The notes under the pieces were generated by a model. The model searched no databases and was not told the origin of the DNA. It saw only the letters and a program-made list of their open reading frames with translations. A stretch of DNA of 64,000 nt from Candidatus Levyibacteriota bacterium (GTDB taxonomy: Bacteria > Patescibacteriota > Microgenomatia > Levybacterales > UBA12049): assembly GCA_963716145.1 (NCBI GenBank), contig OY970292.1, forward strand, positions 204,104 through 268,103. Direction: 5' to 3'. Shown piece after piece: positions 37,266 to 47,105 of the stretch (the first letter of the stretch is position 1; every line of letters begins with the position of its first letter). Both the position numbers and the translations under genes were made by a program.

Positions 37266-38077
37266 ATGCTGTCTGTCATAAAAGCTGATAAAACTCGTGA
37301 GCCTTTTAGTGAGGAAAAAGTTATTAACTCCATAAAAAGAGCTGGAATTCATGATTCAATCCAGCAAAAAGTTCTTCTTCACATAAAAAACAAGCTTTAC
37401 GATGGAATTCCGACCTCAGAAATTTATCATCACATTGTTGAGTTTCTTGGGCAATCCGAACAGCCGTATTCAAAGTCAAGATATAGCCTCAAGGAAAGTA
37501 TAATGCTGCTTGGGCCCACTGGATATCCGTTTGAAGATTTTGTGGCTAAGCTTTTGCAAGCCGATGGATATTCAACTAAAGTCAGGCAGATTTTATCTGG
37601 AGAATGCGTAACTCATGAAATTGATGTAATTGCTTCCAAAAACGGTAGAACTGCCATGATCGAGGCAAAATTTCACAACAATCCGGGCACCGCTCACAAA
37701 TTCATGTTGGGCTATACACTCAAGCGCGTTTTGAAGATGTAAAGACTCGTAACAAGCTTGATGAGGCTTGGCTTGTCACCAACACGAAGACCACAGTAGA
37801 CGTCAATACCTACGCGCAGTGTAAAAATATCAAGGTTATGAGTTGGAGCTACCCTGAAGGAGGAGGACTTCGTGATTTGATAGAGAAATCGCGTCTTCAT
37901 CCGATTACGCTTTTAACCTCTATTAATCAGTCACAAAAAAGGTTACTTCTGGAAAATCATACAGTAATATGCAAAGAAATAAATCTTAATCCCAAGCTTT
38001 TGGATATCCTAAATTTGCCTCAAGAAGCAGTTGATCGGCTGCTGAGTGAGATCTCTTTCATTTGTAAGCAGGAATAA
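37266..38077 (+). pseudogene. ATP-cone domain fused to Mrr-like (type IV restriction endonuclease-like) nuclease domain; reading frame interrupted near 37700
   Basis: ORF 37266-37742 has an N-terminal ATP-cone (VIKADKTREPFSEEKVINSIKRAG) and an Mrr_cat-like core (GECVTHEIDVIASKNGRTAMIEAKFHNN). The protein continues without a stop in the -1 frame from about 37700 (…YTQARFEDVKTRNKLDEAWLVTNTKTTVDVNTYAQCKNIKV…) into ORF 37838-38077. Confidence 0.55.
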
Positions 38078-38156
38078 TATTTCTCACACTTTTATTACAC
38101 GCTCCACATAGATTTTTAACTGCCGGTATTTAAACTACGTATAGTTTTGAAAGGAG

Positions 38157-38375
38157 GTGATTATACATATGGCAACAGTTGTAAATAATCCGCCGGCAAA
38201 TTCAGAAGCAAGCGGAGGATCTGGTTTTTTGATAGGGATAATTTTACTTATTGTTTTAGCGATTTTATTTATTTTTTACGGACTTCCGCTACTCAATAAT
38301 TCAGTTGGAGGAAGTCAAGCGCCACAGGTAAACGTACCGGGCAAGATTGATGTAAACGTCAATCAACCTAAGTAG
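38157..38375 (+). CDS. small membrane protein
   Basis: 72 aa with one TM helix (GFLIGIILLIVLAILFIFYGL); preceded by the GGAGGTGAT RBS. Confidence 0.35.
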   Translation: MIIHMATVVNNPPANSEASGGSGFLIGIILLIVLAILFIFYGLPLLNNSVGGSQAPQVNVPGKIDVNVNQPK

Positions 38376-38401
38376 GTTAGGGATTTTAAAAATGAAAGGA
38401 G

Positions 38402-38677
38402 GTGAAAATAAAATTTATGAATTTTTTAATCTGGGTTATATTTGGAGCTCTTGCAGGCTGGATAGCCTCAATAATAATGGGTAATGATGCTCAGCAAGGA
38501 GCACTCGGAAACATCATAGTTGGTATTGTCGGCGCATTCATCGGGGGATTTGTTATGAACTCACTTGGTCAACCCGGTGTAACTGGCTTTAACTTTTACA
38601 GTACTTTAGTTGCTGTTTTAGGGGCTGTAATCCTTATCTGGCTTTACAGAATGTTTAGCCACAGAAGCAGCGTATAA
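38402..38677 (+). CDS. GlsB/YeaQ/YmgE-family (transglycosylase-associated) stress membrane protein
   Basis: The GALAGWIASIIMG…GNIIVGIVGAFIGGFV pattern fits this family. The probable start is MNFLIWVIFG at 38417. Confidence 0.6.
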   Translation: MKIKFMNFLIWVIFGALAGWIASIIMGNDAQQGALGNIIVGIVGAFIGGFVMNSLGQPGVTGFNFYSTLVAVLGAVILIWLYRMFSHRSSV

Positions 38678-38710
38678 TTTGTGTAAATAATATACCGCAA
38701 AGACCCGCCG

Positions 38711-40048
38711 TTAATCTATAAGATTATCAAGGCGGGTCTTTTCGTCTGTCGCAAATTTTGCCCTCTCATATCTATCAGCCATAAATCCATTTGGTACAGT
38801 TGTCAGTTTATCGGCATATAGCAAAAAGCCGTTACGGATAGTGTGATCTCCGAATTTTTCATTAATTTTGTCCACCGCTTGCCAAAGTCCTCTTTGTTTT
38901 TCTGTTTCAAAAATTGAGAAGGGGACCTTATCCGCATCCTGCAAATAAGAAGCCCAAATACCTATTTGACGGACATAGTTTGGAAATTTCCAATAATTAC
39001 CAATTTCAAATATCCAATTTCCAATAGGTTCATTTTCCATTTTAAATTTGGCATTTGAAATTTGAAATTCTTTGCAAAGCAAAGACATGCACGCTTCAAA
39101 TATCTCCCGTCCGGAATTCATGTATTGAGAGTAGGTTTTTCTACCCTGCAGGTTCTCATCTCCTCTCAGGTATATTCCAACAGCGCGGGCTTTCTTGTTA
39201 AGTCGTCTGAGCTTGATACCTACTTCCTCACAAAGCTCATAAATATTTTGCAGGACTTTTCGCGGGTCATATTCATTTTCAGGCAAGCAATAGTTGCGTC
39301 CTACGGATTTCGCATCGGGCGATTCAGTATAAGGCACAATTTCACTCTCATCTATTCCTAGGCCGGCATTTTTTAGGAATTTACCCTCCACATCGCCAAA
39401 TTCGGAAGTCAAAGCCGATAATGGAGCTTTATTAAGATCTATTAAGTTGTAAATTCCCATTGCGAAAAGCCTGTCATTTATCCGGTGTCCGATCCCGCAG
39501 ATATCCCTTAGCTTGACTGCTTTATAAACCTCAAATAGGTTGGAAGGCGTTATCTTAACTATTCCATTTGGCTTCTCCAGTCCTGAAGCGAGTTTGGCAA
39601 GCATTTTATTATGAGAAATACCGAAAGAGGCCGTGATACATTCTCCCAATTCTTCGTTCAAGCGGTTTTTTATTTTTTCAACAAGGGGCATTGTGCCTCC
39701 GAAAAGGTCAGCAGTACGCGTTATGTCCATAAAAACTTCATCAAGCGAGAAAACTTCAACAAAAGGGGAGAAGTCTTTACAGATGTTTATAAACTTTTTA
39801 CTGATTTCCCAATACCTTGTAAAATGTGCCGGTACGAAAATAATTTGTGGACATCTTCTCTGTGCGTCATAGGTACGGGAGGGCGACTTGATGCCCAGTG
39901 CTTTTGCTTCCCTGCTTGCCGCTATGATACAGGTTCTGCCGTTGGTGGCAGTTACTCCAAGAGGACGGTTGCGGTAAAGAGGATTATCCTGCTGTTCAAC
40001 GCTTGCAAAAAATGAATCAAAATCAATGTGGAGAATTATTCGCTGCAC
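38711..40048 (-). CDS. dinB: Y-family DNA polymerase (DinB/Pol IV-like)
   Basis: 445 aa with the N-terminal ILHIDFDSFFASVEQ active-site motif and SLDEVFMDIT. Confidence 0.8.
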   Translation of the reverse strand: MQRIILHIDFDSFFASVEQQDNPLYRNRPLGVTATNGRTCIIAASREAKALGIKSPSRTYDAQRRCPQIIFVPAHFTRYWEISKKFINICKDFSPFVEVFSLDEVFMDITRTADLFGGTMPLVEKIKNRLNEELGECITASFGISHNKMLAKLASGLEKPNGIVKITPSNLFEVYKAVKLRDICGIGHRINDRLFAMGIYNLIDLNKAPLSALTSEFGDVEGKFLKNAGLGIDESEIVPYTESPDAKSVGRNYCLPENEYDPRKVLQNIYELCEEVGIKLRRLNKKARAVGIYLRGDENLQGRKTYSQYMNSGREIFEACMSLLCKEFQISNAKFKMENEPIGNWIFEIGNYWKFPNYVRQIGIWASYLQDADKVPFSIFETEKQRGLWQAVDKINEKFGDHTIRNGFLLYADKLTTVPNGFMADRYERAKFATDEKTRLDNLID

Positions 40049-40115
40049 TCTTAAAGCATAAGTAAAATTTATACGAAAATCAAGAACACAAAAAGAATCA
40101 ATTTACATCAATAAT

Positions 40116-40826
40116 TTAGATATCCGCTTCCTCGGCTATTACTGCAAAAGCTTTCGTTGAAAACATATGAAGTACATTGTGACCCACAGTATCAATTATT
40201 GTATTTCTGACATCAGGAAGTATACTGCTCGATAAAGGCACCAATTCATCATACCTAGCGGATATACCCAGGATCTTATCCAAATTCTTGATAGGAGGCT
40301 CCATAAGGTTTTTAAGATATGCGCTATTGGGAAAAATCTGCCTTCCTCCTTTTAGAAAAAAAAGTAAATAAGCAAGAGATGTTCCTTTGAAAGGTCCGGC
40401 AACTCTTATAAATTTACTTACCCTATCCCAGCCATCCATGCGCTGTAAATAATGAAAGGCACTAATTGATCCATAGCTTATCCCTACAAGAACGGCGTTA
40501 TTAATATCATTTTCTTTAATAAACCCTTGTAGATATGTAGCACCTTCTTCGGCACCACCCTTTAAAAGACTATAATTTGTCCAATACACTCTGTATCCTT
40601 TGTTTTCCAAATATCTCTTCATAAAAAAATGCCAGTAATTTTTGTTAAGCCAATGTTCATGGATAACGATAGGGATTTTTTTGGTATTATCCAAATTTAT
40701 TCGCTCAAGCGGGAGAAAGAATTTTAATATGCCTAATATTATCGTAAAAGGAAATAACAAAACAGCAAATACTTCAAAAATGCATTGCAGAACAAGGGTT
40801 AACTTCTTCATATATAAGTCGGTCAA
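40116..40826 (-). CDS. membrane-anchored alpha/beta hydrolase (lipase-like)
   Basis: 236 aa: N-terminal TM, nucleophile elbow GISYGS, C-terminal His. Confidence 0.5.
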   Translation of the reverse strand: MTDLYMKKLTLVLQCIFEVFAVLLFPFTIILGILKFFLPLERINLDNTKKIPIVIHEHWLNKNYWHFFMKRYLENKGYRVYWTNYSLLKGGAEEGATYLQGFIKENDINNAVLVGISYGSISAFHYLQRMDGWDRVSKFIRVAGPFKGTSLAYLLFFLKGGRQIFPNSAYLKNLMEPPIKNLDKILGISARYDELVPLSSSILPDVRNTIIDTVGHNVLHMFSTKAFAVIAEEADI

Positions 40827-40887
40827 GCAAGATATCTGCTTGCAATTCCAATTAAATATATTATACTAAAATTAGAACTAACTAATT

Positions 40888-41118
40888 ATGTACTATTCGC
40901 ACACATGTCCATATTGCGGGAAAGTATTTTATACTTACAATGAAGATAAGGAGCTGGCTGCACGAGCTATTTATGAAGGGATCAAAGGACATGAAAAAGA
41001 ATATGATGAAGAAAAAAAAGATTTTACATTTACTCATGGAGAAGAGTACGACACCGATCAAATTTATGAAGAATTAGAAGAATCTGATGACACCCCCAGC
41101 GGCGGCTATCAAGTTTAG
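40888..41118 (+). CDS. small acidic CxxC protein
   Basis: 76 aa with MYYSHTCPYCGK then an acidic tail. Confidence 0.3.
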   Translation: MYYSHTCPYCGKVFYTYNEDKELAARAIYEGIKGHEKEYDEEKKDFTFTHGEEYDTDQIYEELEESDDTPSGGYQV

Positions 41119-41119
41119 C

Positions 41120-41148
41120 TTTCAACTTTTCCTCCAAATTGGTATAAT
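41120..41148 (+). promoter_or_regulatory. sigma70-like promoter (TTCAAC-17-TGGTATAAT) upstream of tRNA-His
   Basis: -35 TTCAAC at 41120-41125 and extended -10 TGGTATAAT at 41140-41148, about 70 nt upstream of tRNA-His. Confidence 0.35.
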
Positions 41149-41216
41149 TAGTCATCAATAAATATATTTGCTAATTGGCTTATTTGTTTATTGGATAATT
41201 GGTAGTATTAGTTCAT

Positions 41217-41294
41217 GGTGGCGTTAGCTCAATTGGTTAGAGCATCAGATTGTGGATCTGAAGGTTGCCGGTTCAATTCCGGTACGCCACCCCA
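41217..41294 (+). tRNA. tRNA-His (anticodon GUG), with G-1 and encoded CCA
   Basis: Extra 5' G pairing with discriminator C (His-specific); anticodon stem-loop UCAGA-UUGUGGA-UCUGA; T-arm CCGG-UUCAAUU-CCGG; 3' CCA encoded. Confidence 0.8.
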
Positions 41295-41316
41295 AGTTTT
41301 TTAGCTTCAAAAAATT

Positions 41317-41874
41317 ATGTCGGCAATACGTTTTGAAACCAAACTGTTCAAAATCAACTCATGGACTATTCTTGTGCTTCCTAAAAGCTCAAGCTTGATG
41401 CTTCCATCCCGAGGCATGACAATGGTTGAGGGTACTATCAATAATTTTGGTTTTAAAACAGTGCTTGAACCGGACGGACGCGGAAGTCACTGGTGTAGAA
41501 TTGACGAAGTATTGCAAAAAGGGGCTCGTGCAAAAGCAGGTAACAATGTAAAACTTTCGATTAAGACGACTTCCGAATGGATAGAGCCTGAGATACCCGC
41601 AGATTTTAAGAAAGCTCTTGCGTCTTCTCCCAAAGCATACGATTTATGGAAGGATACGACACCAAACGCACATTGGGATTGGATTCGCTGGATACGCGCT
41701 GTCAAAACACCGGAGACCCGCCAAAAGCATATAGAAGTTGCGCTCGATAAGCTCAACAAAGGAATGCGAAGGCCATGTTGTTTTAACCGCAATGCATGCT
41801 CAGAGCCCTATGTCTCGCATAATTGGGTACTTCTCGAGCCGATGCAAGAGCTCCGCTATAAAATGGCAAAATGA
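41317..41874 (+). CDS. DUF1905 / YdeI-OmpD-associated family protein
   Basis: 185 aa; N-terminal FETKLFKINSWTILVLPKSSS…GRGSHWCRID (DUF1905 pattern) followed by a YdeI-like helical domain. Confidence 0.5.
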   Translation: MSAIRFETKLFKINSWTILVLPKSSSLMLPSRGMTMVEGTINNFGFKTVLEPDGRGSHWCRIDEVLQKGARAKAGNNVKLSIKTTSEWIEPEIPADFKKALASSPKAYDLWKDTTPNAHWDWIRWIRAVKTPETRQKHIEVALDKLNKGMRRPCCFNRNACSEPYVSHNWVLLEPMQELRYKMAK

Positions 41875-41958
41875 GTTCTAAAAATATTATTTCTTTCTGC
41901 GGTGCTATATTATAATAGCTACATACAACATTCCGCAGGCTACCCACTTAATTTTGAT

Positions 41959-42495
41959 TTATTGTGCTATTTTGCGTGGAGGAGATACAACGCTTACTCC
42001 TGTTTGGCCTGTCCTTAAAGTTAATTCGTATTTGATACCTAACGCATTTTCGAAAGTAATCTGTAAGTTTCGGTTACTTTCGGCGAATCTTGGGTCAAAA
42101 TAAGGCATCAGTGAATTACTCCTCAGGCGATGACCGTTAAGTATTACTTCTTCCGAAACTTCTCTCTTTTCCCCAGGTTCCAGTATGTTAGATTTATCAA
42201 GTGCTAGCTTTAAAGTATATTTCTCCCGAGTCTCTTTAAAATACATCTCAATATTTTTTACTTTTACATTTAGCGCAGCGCCTTTGCCTATATTCTTAAT
42301 CACCATTTTTGGGTATTTAGGACCATCAACATACCTCAAGGTTAAAAGTGGGAGCATAACTAGCTCATTTTGCTCTTTTGCAGCGTTTAGGAGACTATAT
42401 GTAGCTTTAGTATAAAAAAATACAATTATACTTGTAACAATTAAGGTTGTTAAGTTTAGTATGCTAAAAACTGTATTTAAATTCTCGCTATTCAT
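41959..42495 (-). CDS. hypothetical membrane-anchored protein
   Basis: The ORF is 41959-42543. The probable start is MNSENL at 42495, which reduces the overlap with the rhomboid gene; there is one N-terminal TM helix. Confidence 0.3.
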   Translation of the reverse strand: MNSENLNTVFSILNLTTLIVTSIIVFFYTKATYSLLNAAKEQNELVMLPLLTLRYVDGPKYPKMVIKNIGKGAALNVKVKNIEMYFKETREKYTLKLALDKSNILEPGEKREVSEEVILNGHRLRSNSLMPYFDPRFAESNRNLQITFENALGIKYELTLRTGQTGVSVVSPPRKIAQ

Positions 42496-43156
42496 AATAA
42501 GGTTCCAGGATTTGTTCTTGTCTCCCTTTATAAATTTTTCCAAATATCAAACCAACGATAAATCCGGTAACGTGGGCGAAGAAGGCGACTCCTCCTTGAT
42601 CGCTAATTGCTCCTACAGAGCCTACTGCTGAGATTATCTGAAGAAGGAACCAGTAGCCCAGCATAAAAGTAGCACTGATTTCTGTGAATGTCATAAAGAA
42701 AAATAGGAAAAGTAAGGTTTTGATTCTTGCTTGGGGAAAAAGTACATAATAGCAGCCGAGTATTCCCGCAACTGCACCGGACGCACCCAGCATGGGGATA
42801 GTGGTACTTTGCATGAACAAATATTGAATGAGGTTTCCCGCAATGCCCGCGGTAAAGTAAAGGAGTAAAAAAGCAATAGGGCCCAAAGCATCTTCTACAT
42901 TGTCTCCAAAAACCTTGAGAAACCACATGTTGGATATGATATGCAGGAAGCCTCCATGCAGAAAAATTGCCGTTACAAAGGGTAAAAGGCTCATGTAGTT
43001 GCTAGTGGCCACATTGGCCGGGATTAGGGCGTAGCTTGAGGTTAATTGGTCAGGACTACCAATTTGCTGGATAAATACATAGACTGTAATTATTATTAAT
43101 AAGTAATTTAGAAACGGAAATTTTGCGGCTTTTATTGAGTCTGATAGCGGAAACAT
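42488..43156 (-). CDS. rhomboid-family intramembrane serine protease
   Basis: 222 aa, 6 TM; catalytic GASGAVAGILG (GxSG) and HVTGFIVGLIFG (His). Confidence 0.8.
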   Translation of the reverse strand: MFPLSDSIKAAKFPFLNYLLIIITVYVFIQQIGSPDQLTSSYALIPANVATSNYMSLLPFVTAIFLHGGFLHIISNMWFLKVFGDNVEDALGPIAFLLLYFTAGIAGNLIQYLFMQSTTIPMLGASGAVAGILGCYYVLFPQARIKTLLFLFFFMTFTEISATFMLGYWFLLQIISAVGSVGAISDQGGVAFFAHVTGFIVGLIFGKIYKGRQEQILEPYYE

Positions 43157-43386
43157 GGCTCAATTATATACAAAACTTATTGGAAATTAAAATATGAGGT
43201 CTTATCTGGCAACAACAGTCACGCTATTTGAAAAACTACTAATATTTCCTGCCGCATCAAATGCCTGAATCTTATAGGCATTTGTAGATCGGGATGCAGC
43301 ACCAAAGTCCATATAGTAAACTGTTGAGTAATTTGAATTTCCCACAGTTGCTATTTTTATATTATTACGGAAAACATAATATCCGG

Positions 43387-45114
43387 TTACTCCTTTGTTG
43401 TCCGTTGATTTATTCCAGACAAGATAGGCCCATGTGATATCGGATATCCAACAAGCGAGGAAGGAACAGTGGGAGGAGTCTTGTCGGATGAAGTTGACGG
43501 TTTAGGTATTGGAGTGGGAACAAGTTTTTTGGTTGGAGTAGGGGTAGGCTTGTTAGCTAAAGTTGGACTGGGAATGCTGGTTGGAGCTATCGCTATTGTT
43601 GGTGTGGGTACTGATACAGTAGGTGAGGGTGTTGCTATAGCTGGGGTCGGTGTTGTATCAGCAGATGCGTTAAAAGTTACTTTTACTGTAGCTTGAGAAG
43701 CAGATACCCCCATTGTTTCAATTTTTAACTTACTTACAGGATCGTAGAACGCTTTACCTACCGCAAGTGGAGCATCTGTAAAACTAGGTATCCCAAGAGG
43801 ATTATTTGAAACTGAACCTGGAGTAGTATCGATGATCTCTGAGGAGGCCTGAAAGATATTTGAAGGTCTTCGGATTGTAACCCCTGTTGTTACAGGGTTT
43901 GTAGGTGCAAATGTATCGAAAACACCAAATGGCTGACGGTATTCTAGATAGTAATTTTTTCCACTGCCTGTGGATATCTTTAATCCCTGTATTCCTGTTG
44001 AAGGTTTTTCAAGTGGTTGTATCGCATATATGCCATTTGTAGATATGGTTTGTACCTGACTTGAGGAAAGAAAATTGGCTTCAAGTTTATGAATAATATT
44101 CAGATGGTAGCTACCTCTACCCATTACGTCAAAAGGATCATTTCTTCCAAGATCGTCTCCGGTACATGAGTTGCTCATGGCAACCCGATTACCCGCGTTG
44201 TCAGTGCAAGAAGCATTACCCGAGTGATATGCCCCAAAGCTATGGGCTAGCTCATGCATAGCATAGGCTTTCCACCTACCAGGCTTAGATTCGCCTCCAT
44301 TGAGGGATATGACTGCAATGCGTGATAGATCTGAAGCACCCCCGCTATGGCAGCCCTCCCTATACGGCCAGCTAATAACAATTTTTTCATAGCTATCGAT
44401 ATTTATGCCTTCCGCACGGACTTTCGCAAGCACTTTGTTATTATCATAAAAACTGCAAGGAATATCAGTCATAGTGTAATATCCAAAAACATCGCCTTGA
44501 ACGCTTATTTTGCCATAGGAATTTTCCTCAAAATATGCTTTGAGGGAGGTCGGATCTGTGAAAGAATCCCGGATGATCTGATTTTTATCAAACGGCTGAG
44601 TTTGTAAATTTTGAAAATTCACTAAAATAACTGCTAGCTTGACTACTGTGCTTGCGCCAAGGACTTTGTTTTTTGCCTGAATAATCTGAATATCGTTTCC
44701 TCCAAGCCGCTCGATTATTTGTTCCTTTTGAGATAGAGTTAGAGACTCGTGAACACTTGCGGGGGCGACTTTAAAAACCTGAGGATTCAATTCAGATCCT
44801 TTAACTCTTATTCGGCTGCCCGGGGCAATACCGGTTGGAGAGCCTTTTTCAAAACTAAGCTCTACTTTTTTTCCATCATCTGTCTTTAGGAAAGTTTGCA
44901 TTGTTGCTTTGCCACTCTCAAGATCGGGATCATTATGCAACATTTCGATTACTCCTTCTTTTGTTTGTTCTTGCGGTTCTGCCGCCTTTGATCTGAGGGA
45001 AGTTTGCTGATTTTGATAATAAACGGCAACAAAAAGAGCAAGCAGGCTAAGTACTGCTCCTGCCACAAATAGATTTCGTTTTGCGCTTTTTCCGTTTTTA
45101 AAATAATCTCTCAT
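43387..45114 (-). CDS. secreted/membrane-anchored zinc metalloprotease (HExxH) with Pro/Thr-rich C-terminal tail
   Basis: 575 aa with an N-terminal TM; the zincin motif is AMHELAHSFGAYHSGN; the C-terminus carries PTPTP repeats. Confidence 0.55.
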   Translation of the reverse strand: MRDYFKNGKSAKRNLFVAGAVLSLLALFVAVYYQNQQTSLRSKAAEPQEQTKEGVIEMLHNDPDLESGKATMQTFLKTDDGKKVELSFEKGSPTGIAPGSRIRVKGSELNPQVFKVAPASVHESLTLSQKEQIIERLGGNDIQIIQAKNKVLGASTVVKLAVILVNFQNLQTQPFDKNQIIRDSFTDPTSLKAYFEENSYGKISVQGDVFGYYTMTDIPCSFYDNNKVLAKVRAEGINIDSYEKIVISWPYREGCHSGGASDLSRIAVISLNGGESKPGRWKAYAMHELAHSFGAYHSGNASCTDNAGNRVAMSNSCTGDDLGRNDPFDVMGRGSYHLNIIHKLEANFLSSSQVQTISTNGIYAIQPLEKPSTGIQGLKISTGSGKNYYLEYRQPFGVFDTFAPTNPVTTGVTIRRPSNIFQASSEIIDTTPGSVSNNPLGIPSFTDAPLAVGKAFYDPVSKLKIETMGVSASQATVKVTFNASADTTPTPAIATPSPTVSVPTPTIAIAPTSIPSPTLANKPTPTPTKKLVPTPIPKPSTSSDKTPPTVPSSLVGYPISHGPILSGINQRTTKE

Positions 45115-45305
45115 TAAACATAACGTATCAATATATAGAATGATTTGTCAATATAGTAAAGCAATTTGCCGATTGACAAGAGAGTTTTAGTTTATTATCC
45201 TTAATATATTCTTTCGGGGTTTTGTGTAAGTCAAAATCGGTGGTATAGCCCACGAGTCTTAACGACATGATCAGGTTTAATTCCTGAGCCGACCGTATAG
45301 TCGGG

Positions 45306-46262
45306 ATGAAAGAGAGAATTATGAAAAAAATATTGGCTTTCGGGCCGCTTTTTATTATTATTGCCGCACTCCTTTGGAGTTTTGACGGCATCCTCAGAAC
45401 CAGCTTATTCTCATCAAATCCCAGAGACAGCATCTACGCTATACCTCCTGCGGTTATTGTGTTTTACGAACATCTGCTGGGCGCAATAATTCTGCTTTTT
45501 CTTTCTTTTAAGTGGTTTTCCGATTTGAAAAAAATGACTAGAAAGGAATGGATAGCTATTGCTATTGTTTCTCTATTCTCAGGAGCATTGGGCACAATAT
45601 TGTATACTATGGCTCTTTCCAAAATAGAATACACGCAGTATTCGGTAGTTGTGCTACTTCAGCAGCAGCTTCAGCCTATTTGGGCGATTGGAGCGGCCGC
45701 AATACTTCTTAAAGAGAAGATCACTAAAAGATTTCTAATGTGGGCAGTGCTTGCTTTAGTCGCAGCTTACCTCATATCATTTAAAGATTTACACGTGAAT
45801 CTAGCAACAGGCTCAGGAACGGCAACTGCAGCCTTGTTGGCAATTTCAGCCGGTTTTATGTGGGGAACATCAACTGCCATCAGTAAGTATGTATTAAATA
45901 AGGTCTCTTTTCTGACCGGAACAGCTCTCCGTTTTTATCTCGCACCAATTTTCGCTTTCTTATTTGTTGCCTCCCAAAACCAAACAAGCGCTTTGTTTAT
46001 TTTAAATCAAGTACAATGGATGACCCTTCTTGTAATTACGCTCTCTACCGGGTTAGTAGGATTGGGTTTTTATTATTATGGTCTTAAGAAAACTCCAGCC
46101 CGGATAACGACACTTTGCGAGCTAGTTTGGCCTGCAAGTGCGGTATTTATTGATTATTTTTATTTTCACAAATCACTTAGCCTGACGCAGATGCTTGGAG
46201 TTGTTTTGCTTTTGTTTGCTATTTATAACGTAACTAAGAAGCAGGAATTTGCAGTTAAGTAA
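45306..46262 (+). CDS. DMT-superfamily transporter (EamA-like, two repeats)
   Basis: 318 aa, ~10 TM, two EamA-like halves. Confidence 0.65.
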   Translation: MKERIMKKILAFGPLFIIIAALLWSFDGILRTSLFSSNPRDSIYAIPPAVIVFYEHLLGAIILLFLSFKWFSDLKKMTRKEWIAIAIVSLFSGALGTILYTMALSKIEYTQYSVVVLLQQQLQPIWAIGAAAILLKEKITKRFLMWAVLALVAAYLISFKDLHVNLATGSGTATAALLAISAGFMWGTSTAISKYVLNKVSFLTGTALRFYLAPIFAFLFVASQNQTSALFILNQVQWMTLLVITLSTGLVGLGFYYYGLKKTPARITTLCELVWPASAVFIDYFYFHKSLSLTQMLGVVLLLFAIYNVTKKQEFAVK

Positions 46263-46264
46263 AG

Positions 46265-46693
46265 CTATTTTATTGCCACAAAAAGACCTACAGCCATTAT
46301 TGCAAGCCCTATAAACATTTTTGGATTTAATTGCTCTCCTAGTATAAAATATGAAGCAATCCCGGCAAAGACAGGTACCAATAAGTTGAACATTGTGATT
46401 TGCCAAATGGGCATATTTCGCTGTCCCAGGAGCAATACCCAAAATGCCGCGAGATTTATGGTTCCTGCCAAAACTAAAATAAGCACATTTTCTTTGGAAA
46501 TTATTCCTTTGGTTTGCAAGCTTTTTTCAAAAAATACACTTGCCAGAAACGACCAGAAAAAAAGCGTAAACATGGAAATAGCCATTAAGGTAAATGGAGG
46601 AACCTTTGTGTCTACTTTTTTAAACATTGGATAAAGGAGTGAATACAGCAGGGCATACAATACGCCTATACCTATGTTTGCAAAAAGTTTCAT
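46265..46693 (-). CDS. EamA-like half-transporter (single DMT repeat)
   Basis: 142 aa, 4-5 TM. Confidence 0.5.
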   Translation of the reverse strand: MKLFANIGIGVLYALLYSLLYPMFKKVDTKVPPFTLMAISMFTLFFWSFLASVFFEKSLQTKGIISKENVLILVLAGTINLAAFWVLLLGQRNMPIWQITMFNLLVPVFAGIASYFILGEQLNPKMFIGLAIMAVGLFVAIK

Positions 46694-46705
46694 ATAGTCA
46701 GCATA

Positions 46706-47089
46706 TCATATTTCATTTTTCAAACTATTAAAGTAATTTCGTGCTTCAACTTCATCTTTTTTCATCTGCTCAACAAGTTGATCTATTGATTCAAATTTTT
46801 TATTGCCTCTTATTTTTTTAAGCAGACTTACTTCAACTGTTTGTCCATAAACATCTTTTTCAAAATCCAGAACATAAGTCTCAGCCTGAAGCATTGATTC
46901 TCCGAAAGTTTGGGCTGCTCCTATAAATGTCAGAGCATTATAGTTTTTACCCGTTATTTTGATATTAGAGATGTATATACCTTCAGGAACTTCCTGAATT
47001 AGGGAAAAATTTATCGTAGGGAAGCCCAAGTTTTTCCCTCTCTGCTTGCCCTTCTCAACTTTTCCATTTAAAATAAATAAAGGTAACAC
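46706..47089 (-). CDS. riboflavin kinase (flavokinase domain only)
   Basis: 127 aa; GKQRGKNLGFPTINF…TFIGAAQTF…E.YVLDF matches the RibF C-terminal flavokinase domain; no FAD-synthetase domain. Confidence 0.75.
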   Translation of the reverse strand: MLPLFILNGKVEKGKQRGKNLGFPTINFSLIQEVPEGIYISNIKITGKNYNALTFIGAAQTFGESMLQAETYVLDFEKDVYGQTVEVSLLKKIRGNKKFESIDQLVEQMKKDEVEARNYFNSLKNEI

Positions 47090-47105
47090 AATCTAATTAT
47101 ATATT

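Noticed and set aside
45115-45305. Possible riboswitch upstream of the DMT transporter gene (hairpin CCGAC-CGTATAG-TCGGG and others)
   Set aside because: It could not be matched by eye to any known riboswitch consensus, so it is left as unannotated leader.
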